A stretch of DNA of 64,000 bases, from positions 106,237 to 170,236 of the IMG/VR virus record IMGVR_UViG_3300020472_001862; one strand, written 5' to 3'. The notes under the pieces are model-generated. The model saw only the letters and a list, made by a program, of their open reading frames with translations. It was not told the origin of the DNA and did no database searches. The stretch is from a virus. Of the stretch, positions 57,496-64,000 are shown one piece after another. The translations under genes and the position numbers were made by a program. Every line of letters begins with the position of its first letter. The stretch's first letter is position 1.

Positions 57496-57783
57496 ATGAC
57501 ACAATATATGGAATCAGTATACAGACAAAAAGTTAAATTAGACGCTGAGAAGTGGGCTAATGGTGTGAAATGTATACATGCACATCAGTTGAAATCTATG
57601 TGGTATGATGACAGGCCACAGGATACAGACCTAAGTCCTGTAATGGACATTCAATACAACGACGGTAGAATCCAAAGAACTATTGTTAAAACAAAAGAAG
57701 TTATTTGGATGAACGGTTCGAAACAACTAACTGGCGAGGAGCTAATATATGAGTTTGAAAGAAACGGCGGAAACAGGTCTTAA
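57496..57783 (+). CDS. Early hypothetical protein
   Basis: GTGAGG SD; SMWYD motif. Confidence 0.65.
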   Translation: MTQYMESVYRQKVKLDAEKWANGVKCIHAHQLKSMWYDDRPQDTDLSPVMDIQYNDGRIQRTIVKTKEVIWMNGSKQLTGEELIYEFERNGGNRS

Positions 57784-57940
57784 GCCAGACCCAAAACAAA
57801 TAGCAGAAGCTATCCGTAGAATGTCTGCTCAAGAATTAGCAGCACTAGTCTCAGCATTATGTGAAGACAACATGGGCAGTAAACTAGAACATGCTCTTTC
57901 ATATGAGAACTTAGACAAACAATTTCAGTCTGGAATATAG
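57749..57940 (+). CDS. Small hypothetical protein
   Basis: AGGAG SD. Confidence 0.55.
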   Translation: MSLKETAETGLKPDPKQIAEAIRRMSAQELAALVSALCEDNMGSKLEHALSYENLDKQFQSGI

Positions 57941-57943
57941 CTT

Positions 57944-58405
57944 ATGCACCCATGTAATATTATAAATGTTACAGGGGGCTTTAAAACACAAAGGCAGAGA
58001 GTTTTAGATGTTATGTCTTTTTGTGTAGATGAAATGCTCCCTCTCCATAGAACATTAGATATAGAAGTACACCTAGGCAACTATGAGAAGACACAAAACA
58101 TCATGGGACAATGCCTACATGTAGATACTAATGAATTCTACATTGACATAGACAACAAACAAAACCTATACGATCTTATTCTAACCACATGCCATGAGAT
58201 GGTACATGTAAAACAATATTGTCGTAAGGAACTGACAGAGAAATTCCCTAAGAGTTTTTGGTTTGGCAAGGAACATAAGGATGGCAGATGTTATCCATGG
58301 GAGCTAGAGGCATGGAAAATGCAGTCAAAGCTCGCTCATAAGTACATAAAAGAACACACCAATTACACGATAAAGGCAGTAAAATCGCTTGACAAAAGGT
58401 CCTAA
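57944..58405 (+). CDS. Zincin-like metallopeptidase domain protein
   Basis: HEMVHVKQ and PWELEA. Confidence 0.75.
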   Translation: MHPCNIINVTGGFKTQRQRVLDVMSFCVDEMLPLHRTLDIEVHLGNYEKTQNIMGQCLHVDTNEFYIDIDNKQNLYDLILTTCHEMVHVKQYCRKELTEKFPKSFWFGKEHKDGRCYPWELEAWKMQSKLAHKYIKEHTNYTIKAVKSLDKRS

Positions 58406-58417
58406 AGAGTGCATAAT
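58389..58417 (+). promoter_or_regulatory. Early promoter, leaderless geometry
   Basis: TTGACA-N17-CATAAT, ATG 6 nt downstream. Confidence 0.8.
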
Positions 58418-58423
58418 ACAAGT

Positions 58424-59062
58424 ATGATAAACAAAAATAAGATAATTTTAACTGACTGTGATGGCGTATGTCTCGACTGGGAATACGGATTTCACACTTG
58501 GATGTCAACACACGGACATGAGTTAAAAAATAATAATTTATATAGTGTGGCTAAGCAGTATGAGATGACAGACGAGAATGCTAAGAGACAGGTAGAGATA
58601 TTCAATAGCTCAGCGAGTATGGGATTCTTACCACCACTTAGAGACTCTCAATATTATATTAAACTGTTAGCAGAGAAATTAGGTTACAGGTTTGTAGCAG
58701 TAACGAGCTTGTCTAATGATGAGAGTGCACAGAAACTTAGAACATGTAATCTTAAGAAACTATTTGGTAACGATACTTTTGTTGAATACCATTACTTAGG
58801 TTGTGGTGACGACAAAGACGAGATATTATTACAACTTGCTAATAAATATGAAGGTAGCATCTGGGTAGAGGATAAATATATTAATGCAGAGGTAGGTGCC
58901 GATGCAGGATTTGACTCACTACTTATGGAACATGGCCATAACTTAAACTATGATGCAGATGAAAGAGTTAAGGTAGTTAGGAATTGGGAAGAGATATACA
59001 ATTATGTTGAAAGAAAAGAAACTGAGAGAGATCTCGCAAGAAGAGCTAGAAAACTCAACTAG
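58424..59062 (+). CDS. HAD-superfamily phosphatase/nucleotidase-like
   Basis: LTDCDGV, VTS, K, WVEDK. Confidence 0.8.
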   Translation: MINKNKIILTDCDGVCLDWEYGFHTWMSTHGHELKNNNLYSVAKQYEMTDENAKRQVEIFNSSASMGFLPPLRDSQYYIKLLAEKLGYRFVAVTSLSNDESAQKLRTCNLKKLFGNDTFVEYHYLGCGDDKDEILLQLANKYEGSIWVEDKYINAEVGADAGFDSLLMEHGHNLNYDADERVKVVRNWEEIYNYVERKETERDLARRARKLN

Positions 59063-59315
59063 AATTCAGAAGTCTGCTACTCCCAAATATACCATTGACT
59101 GGTATGTAAAATGGGTAGCATCGTTATTAATATTATCAGCGATGTCTATGAGAGGTGTCGTTGGTTTTGAACTGATAGACTTAGTTCTATCTGTATGTGG
59201 TGTAGCACTATGGCTCTGGGTGTCTATCATCTGGAAAGATAGAGCATTAGTTCTACTCAACGGTGTAGGACTATTATTTTTAATACGAAACTTATTGGAG
59301 AGAATATGGGTATGA
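59004..59315 (+). CDS. Small multi-TM membrane protein
   Basis: DWYVKWVAS...W.DRAL..LN. Confidence 0.7.
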   Translation: MLKEKKLREISQEELENSTRIQKSATPKYTIDWYVKWVASLLILSAMSMRGVVGFELIDLVLSVCGVALWLWVSIIWKDRALVLLNGVGLLFLIRNLLERIWV

Positions 59316-59647
59316 TGAATATGGGTGGCTCCTTACGCTACGATATGTCAGGTAGGAAGAGAAAGAACTACAAGAAGAACAATCCTACAACCAAGCGTGT
59401 AAGCAAAAACACAGGCAAACCAATGAAAGTCCAACCCAATGCTGTTCTCGAGGCACATAAGGAACACATGAAAAAGTATCCTTCTATGCCTATGGGCAAG
59501 AGTGTTGCTGACGGCAAAGGCACAAAGAATCATACATGGGATATGGAGAAACAACAAATCAGTTCAGGCTATACTGTTGCACCAGCATATAACAAAGGTG
59601 CTTACCAGGTTATAGGCAAAAGCAATGTAAAGGATATAGGCAAATGA
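59306..59647 (+). CDS. Conserved basic hypothetical protein
   Basis: SGRKRK, YPS, APAYNKGAYQVI. Confidence 0.7.
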   Translation: MGMMNMGGSLRYDMSGRKRKNYKKNNPTTKRVSKNTGKPMKVQPNAVLEAHKEHMKKYPSMPMGKSVADGKGTKNHTWDMEKQQISSGYTVAPAYNKGAYQVIGKSNVKDIGK

Positions 59648-59898
59648 TAGAATTTGGTTGGCAATTAGCATTTATTACAGTCATGATAGGAGGCATGTAC
59701 ACTTCTTATAGAATAGGTTTCAAAGATGGTACAGGCAAAATGATAGACTTTTGTAAGTCAAAGGCCGACAAACGAGGCATGACTCTTATGCACTTCTTTG
59801 GTGAGAATATAGAATTCATTGATCCTTTAAATTATAACAGAGCAGTACTTGAAAAGATCGTAGAGAAATTTGACGAGGACGATGAACAGCGCTCCTGA
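59644..59898 (+). CDS. Small membrane-anchored protein
   Basis: ATGA overlap; N-terminal TM. Confidence 0.55.
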   Translation: MIEFGWQLAFITVMIGGMYTSYRIGFKDGTGKMIDFCKSKADKRGMTLMHFFGENIEFIDPLNYNRAVLEKIVEKFDEDDEQRS

Positions 59899-60439
59899 AA
59901 GATATACAAGTGATTCTGTTCTTACCACCTATTTAGAGACAAAGAACATAACAATATACTCCCACGGTCCTGTGGGTATTGAACCTTTTGAACCCTTTTT
60001 TAAGAATGTAGGCACACAGACTATGCTGGCATTCGTAAAACCCTACCATTGGAAAACTATAACAGAAGAATATGTAAATCACACTCATATTCTAGTTTTA
60101 CGAGATCCTGTACAACAGCACAAACACGGCACATTCCTACATGGCATGAGTATGCACGATGTAGTTCGTAAGAGAGACAATATGTTTTACTCTACACATC
60201 TCAGGCCACACTTAGGAACAGTAGTCAACGCACAATTCGATTTCTATATCCCTTTCGAAGAATTGAATAAATACTTATTTGAATGGCAAGTGCCTGAACC
60301 TCCAGCAGTGGAGACATCATTGTTCTTTGATATTAGAGAGGAGATGGCAGCTTATGAGAAGATTAAGAACGATAAGATGAAGCTAGAACTACCTCAATGG
60401 CGAGAACTTCTCATGCGAGGACAACTAAACGAGATATAG
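59882..60439 (+). CDS. Hypothetical protein, degenerate sulfotransferase-like
   Basis: VLRDP, HLRP, FDF.I.FE.L. Confidence 0.45.
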   Translation: MNSAPERYTSDSVLTTYLETKNITIYSHGPVGIEPFEPFFKNVGTQTMLAFVKPYHWKTITEEYVNHTHILVLRDPVQQHKHGTFLHGMSMHDVVRKRDNMFYSTHLRPHLGTVVNAQFDFYIPFEELNKYLFEWQVPEPPAVETSLFFDIREEMAAYEKIKNDKMKLELPQWRELLMRGQLNEI

Positions 60440-62056
60440 ATGCACGGCATAATATTGGGTGGTATTCTTGAAAGGGAAGACACCAGTGAAACACGAAACC
60501 AAATCAGTTCACAAGATGAAGCAGATAAGCCGGCCTTTTGGCCGAGTATAAAAAGAACTGCTGGTGGACACAGAATTGCTACTTGGTTACGAGAGCATGA
60601 CTATGATGTAGAAGTCATAGACTTTTGGCCTGCATGGACAAGAGATGAACTTGTAGAACTATTTGAACAGCGAGTAACAGACGAGACAATATTTGTAGGA
60701 CTCTCAGCAATGTTTCCATTAGGAGGCGCAGGCAAAAAGAACCAGGACAAAGTAACAGAAATTGTTACAAACTTAGCACACATTAAATCATTATATCCTC
60801 AATTAACCTTCATTGGTGGCTCTCAGAATATTTCAGCTACCCTAGCATATCCCCTAGACTATTATGTGGGAGGTTTTGCAGAATATGGCATATTAGAGCT
60901 CCTAAAATACATCAAAGGAGAGCCAAACGACATCAAAATTCATCGAGAAACATTCTGGGGTGCCGAGAGAAATATAGTACAATGTAGAAAAGATTATCCA
61001 GCATGGCCTATGCCTCAAGCCTGTATTAAATATCAGGATCGAGACTATATGAGATCTGATGAAATACCAACGATTGAATTAGGCCGCGGGTGCATATTCT
61101 CATGCAAGTTCTGTTCGTTTACAGTGCTAGGAGTTAAGGGCGATCATTCACGATGTGGAGATAGTTTACGAGAGGAGTTACTTGATAATTACGAACGCTG
61201 GGGCATAAGAACTTATACAATATCAGATGAGACAATTAACGATAGTCCAGAGAAGCTAAAGAAGATTGCTGATGTGATTAGATCATTACCATTTAAAGTA
61301 CATTTGGCAGGATATATACGAGCAGATCTATTAGTCGCTAATCCTGAAACTTGGGAAGACATTTGGGATATGGGATTGTGGAGTCAGTTCTATGGGCTTG
61401 AAAGTTTCAATCACAAAGCAGCAAAGTATGTAGGCAAAGGCATGAAGCCTGAACGATTAAAAGAAGGTCTATTGAAAGTAAAGGATTGGTTCGAGGCAAA
61501 GGGAGCATTCAGATGTACGATATCAATGATAGTTGGTCTGCCCTATGAGACACGCGAGACATTTATCGACGGTAAGAATTGGGTAATGGAGAATATGCCT
61601 GGACAGTCTTATAGTTATGCACCATTAATGGTAGCTGATGGCGAGATGAACGCAATGGCAACTAATCCTTCAGAGTTTGATAGAACAGCGTGGACATCAG
61701 GTATCTTTATAAAGAGAACTCATGAGGAGTTAGGCTATGATATTAATGAGATCCCTGACAAGCATAAAGAGATAGTAGAATTTTATATGAACGCTAATGG
61801 TGTGGCAAATTGGGAACACGAAACTATGAATGTCTGGGAGGCCTGGAAACTATTCTCAGATATAGCATCAGATCCTGTAGAGATGAATCAACTAGCGCCA
61901 GGCATATTTTATTATCACAGATATCTCACAGGCGGACATTATACTCTAGAGGATATGAAGAAAACATTTAATGAGATAGAGCCATTAGGTGCGAGACTAA
62001 TTAACACGCACATAGAAATAATAGAAGAGTATAAAAGGAAAAAACTAGGCAAATGA
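60440..62056 (+). CDS. Cobalamin-binding radical SAM enzyme, paralog 3
   Basis: GGHRIATWLR..EVID, DYYVGGFAE, GRGCIFSCKFC, SDET, GLES, IVGLPYET. Confidence 0.85.
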   Translation: MHGIILGGILEREDTSETRNQISSQDEADKPAFWPSIKRTAGGHRIATWLREHDYDVEVIDFWPAWTRDELVELFEQRVTDETIFVGLSAMFPLGGAGKKNQDKVTEIVTNLAHIKSLYPQLTFIGGSQNISATLAYPLDYYVGGFAEYGILELLKYIKGEPNDIKIHRETFWGAERNIVQCRKDYPAWPMPQACIKYQDRDYMRSDEIPTIELGRGCIFSCKFCSFTVLGVKGDHSRCGDSLREELLDNYERWGIRTYTISDETINDSPEKLKKIADVIRSLPFKVHLAGYIRADLLVANPETWEDIWDMGLWSQFYGLESFNHKAAKYVGKGMKPERLKEGLLKVKDWFEAKGAFRCTISMIVGLPYETRETFIDGKNWVMENMPGQSYSYAPLMVADGEMNAMATNPSEFDRTAWTSGIFIKRTHEELGYDINEIPDKHKEIVEFYMNANGVANWEHETMNVWEAWKLFSDIASDPVEMNQLAPGIFYYHRYLTGGHYTLEDMKKTFNEIEPLGARLINTHIEIIEEYKRKKLGK

Positions 62057-62238
62057 TACCACAAAGTCCGTGCATAGGAGTATGCCTAATAGAAGACAAT
62101 GGCCAAGAGGATATTTGTATTGGTTGTGGCAGAACAATGGACGAAATAGAGAACTATCCTGTCATGAATACGAAAGACGATATAGCAAAGCGCCGTATCA
62201 TTAATAAAAAAGCACTTAACCGTTTACAAGACGATTAG
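62053..62238 (+). CDS. DUF1289-like Cys-rich (putative Fe-S) protein
   Basis: SPCIGVC...CIGCGRT.DEI. Confidence 0.8.
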   Translation: MIPQSPCIGVCLIEDNGQEDICIGCGRTMDEIENYPVMNTKDDIAKRRIINKKALNRLQDD

Positions 62239-62328
62239 AGTATAACAGATATAAATAAACTACGATACTATTAGAAATTACTCTACTCGTATCAGTATTA
62301 ATATAAGCATTACGGAGTAAGCACGCGG

Positions 62329-62568
62329 ATGAACATAAACATAGCACTAGGCGAACATCACACCTACCAAAGAGATGATAGAAAAGCTAAGGTTAATTAT
62401 ACACAAAAGGGCTGGAGCGTTGATCTATTTGTACGCTATGGAGACAAGAATAAGGATAACGAGTCGTGGGCAAAGGTAGAGACAAGAGAATGTTATGATC
62501 ATTCCGAATCATGGGCTGAAGATGTGGCAGAGAATTTTGTAGATAGGATGTATGATGTCAGAGCATAA
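62329..62568 (+). CDS. Small hypothetical protein
   Basis: GGAG SD; HSE.WAED.AENF. Confidence 0.65.
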   Translation: MNINIALGEHHTYQRDDRKAKVNYTQKGWSVDLFVRYGDKNKDNESWAKVETRECYDHSESWAEDVAENFVDRMYDVRA

Positions 62569-63004
62569 AGATAAAAGTCCATTAGTAGAAATAACTGTTC
62601 ACGCTACAGATATACTATTTACAAACTGTGACTATCCAGAACCAACAAAGGAAATGATAATAGAGAAAATGAGAGAACTGCTTGATGAAGGTAATATCAC
62701 ATACAGCGAGAAGAGACATCCTCAAACTTCTATAACATCTGCTATTGAAAAGATTAATAAAGAACCAATTTCATCTGTATTAGAGACATTCGGAGACATA
62801 GATAATATCATGAGTGAAAGTGAAAAATTACAAGAGGAATTAGAGCCTATTAATAAAGACATACCACAAAGCCATACAGATAAGATATTTACATCACGAC
62901 AAACAATACTCAAAGGAACTTCTATAGGCAGAGCTAGTGAAGAACAGGGCGGAAATCGTGATAAGTCTTCATATAGTAAAGACCGAGACCCTTTTAACGA
63001 GTAG
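62552..63004 (+). CDS. Hypothetical protein
   Basis: Last + strand ORF before the non-coding switch region. Confidence 0.55.
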   Translation: MMSEHKDKSPLVEITVHATDILFTNCDYPEPTKEMIIEKMRELLDEGNITYSEKRHPQTSITSAIEKINKEPISSVLETFGDIDNIMSESEKLQEELEPINKDIPQSHTDKIFTSRQTILKGTSIGRASEEQGGNRDKSSYSKDRDPFNE

Positions 63005-63332
63005 CTGGCCACCACTACACACCCGTCCGTATATACACCCCTTAGCGCGTGTATTTGCCACCACACCCCCTCCCTAACACACTTTAACACACATCTACAC
63101 ACACTTCTATACTTGAATAGGTAGACTACGCCACCCCTCAAATATGGTAGATCTAACCAGACGCCGAACGAATGTCAAGCCCTCAGAGTACCAGAGCTAT
63201 TCACCCAAAAGATATACAGAGGGCTTAGCACATCTCGAACCACTTGTCAACCCCCCTGGAACGGTCCCCTACCCCGACACTAGAGGACCAACCACCACAC
63301 CGCTCCCTCTGGCCGGCTGGTGCGGAATAAAT

Positions 63333-63440
63333 CTTTACAAGGGAAAATAGGGGCAACAGGAAATCTAAGGCTCTAAAAAACCTTTACAAGCGGATTTGGT
63401 GCGGGGGCGTTATCTAAGGTGCTAAAAAACCTTTACAAGC
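63333..63440. repeat. 29-bp direct repeat (x2) with a CTTTACAAG core at 49-bp period (x3)
   Basis: ATCTAAGGnnCTAAAAAACCTTTACAAGC at 63363 and 63412; core at 63333, 63382, 63431. Confidence 0.8.
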
Positions 63441-63445
63441 AGTTT

Positions 63446-63640
63446 CTAGCCACATGGTCCTGGGCGGTCCACGAGCTGATCAAAAACTATATCAATTAAC
63501 TTGTCTATGGCAACATCGTCGGTTAGAATGAAGTGGTTGACATTGTGGCTGGTTAACTGGTCTCGGACTTTGGCTATAGGCATATTCGCGACATGGTCTA
63601 TGGCTTGGTCGGCTATTATATCTGTACTAAAATGGCTCAT
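63446..63640 (-). CDS. Small hypothetical early protein (minus strand)
   Basis: AAAGGA SD and its own TTGACA-N17-TATCAT promoter. Confidence 0.6.
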   Translation of the reverse strand: MSHFSTDIIADQAIDHVANMPIAKVRDQLTSHNVNHFILTDDVAIDKLIDIVFDQLVDRPGPCG

Positions 63641-63668
63641 ATTCTTATCGTTCCTTTATTATGTCTAT

Positions 63669-63697
63669 ATGATAGCATCTTTAGGACCATTTGTCAA
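63669..63697 (-). promoter_or_regulatory. Minus-strand promoter with TGGTCCTA in the spacer
   Basis: Reverse complement TTGACAAATGGTCCTAAAGATGCTATCAT. Confidence 0.75.
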
Positions 63698-63716
63698 CCT
63701 TTTTATTAGGTGTGAG

Positions 63717-63750
63717 AGCGACGATAATTGTCGCTAGCCTTTGTTATAAT
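63717..63750 (+). promoter_or_regulatory. Palindrome AGCGAC-N7-GTCGCT plus extended -10 (copy 1)
   Basis: Palindrome 63717-63735, then TGTTATAAT. Confidence 0.65.
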
Positions 63751-63779
63751 ATACACATAATAACAAAATAGGAAAAATT

Positions 63780-63896
63780 ATGTACTACTTAGCGCTTTTA
63801 ATACAAGTTATAAACATTTATGAGTTAGACTATAGCGACAGTAAATGTAAATATACACAGTTAAATTTTATATACAATAACGAGTTACTAATATAA
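63780..63896 (+). CDS. 38-aa micro-ORF
   Basis: AGGA SD after the palindrome promoter. Confidence 0.4.
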   Translation: MYYLALLIQVINIYELDYSDSKCKYTQLNFIYNNELLI

Positions 63897-63904
63897 AAAC
63901 TGTT

Positions 63905-63938
63905 AGCGACAGTAATTGTCGCTTGTGTTTGTTATAAT
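63905..63938 (+). promoter_or_regulatory. Palindrome AGCGAC-N7-GTCGCT plus extended -10 (copy 2)
   Basis: Palindrome 63905-63923, TATAAT 63933; AGGAG SD and ATG 63969 follow. Confidence 0.65.
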
Positions 63939-64000
63939 ACTTGTATGTTAAATAAAAAAGGAGAAAATATGTTAGTTAATAAATGTGAAGGTAGAGGTGG

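Noticed and set aside
62722-63350. ORFs 62722-63141 (-) and 63144-63350 (+)
   Set aside because: No SD, and atypical composition arising from the GC-richer non-coding zone.
63333-63440. CRISPR mini-array
   Set aside because: Only two full repeats with a 20-bp spacer, non-palindromic, and no cas genes.

Overview
This is a 64-kb segment of a large, AT-rich, T4-like (myovirus-type) dsDNA phage genome, read in the standard genetic code and almost entirely on the + strand. A marine proteobacterial host is an inference from the TonB-dependent receptor, crotonase, peroxiredoxin and sigma70-type promoters. Core genes present: gp45, gp44, gp62, regA, gp43, uvsX, gp41, gp61, nrdA/nrdB, rnh, hsp20 and the CobS-like AAA+/vWA pair. 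A late block at about 31.7-43.4 kb encodes Lys/His-rich proteins that look capsid-packaged, plus a probable spanin pair. Most notable: (1) a compact BtuB-like TonB-dependent receptor together with three paralogous cobalamin-binding radical SAM enzymes, while the RNR is B12-independent, giving a candidate phage B12-uptake and B12-dependent modification system; (2) two His-rich nucleotidyltransferase-like proteins with T4-type capsid-targeting motifs flanking an unannotated 15-aa, 8-Cys micro-ORF; (3) an A9 slippery site that would fuse two virion ORFs in the -1 frame; (4) a ROSE-like RNA thermometer before hsp20; (5) an intergenic cluster of hairpins and H-type pseudoknots; (6) an exact TATAAATA-N5-ATG leaderless late-gene architecture and a position-fixed TGGTCCTA promoter box; (7) a strand-switch region at the right end with 49-bp periodic repeats and palindromic operator-like sites. 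Family assignments come from motifs read by eye; no searches were run.
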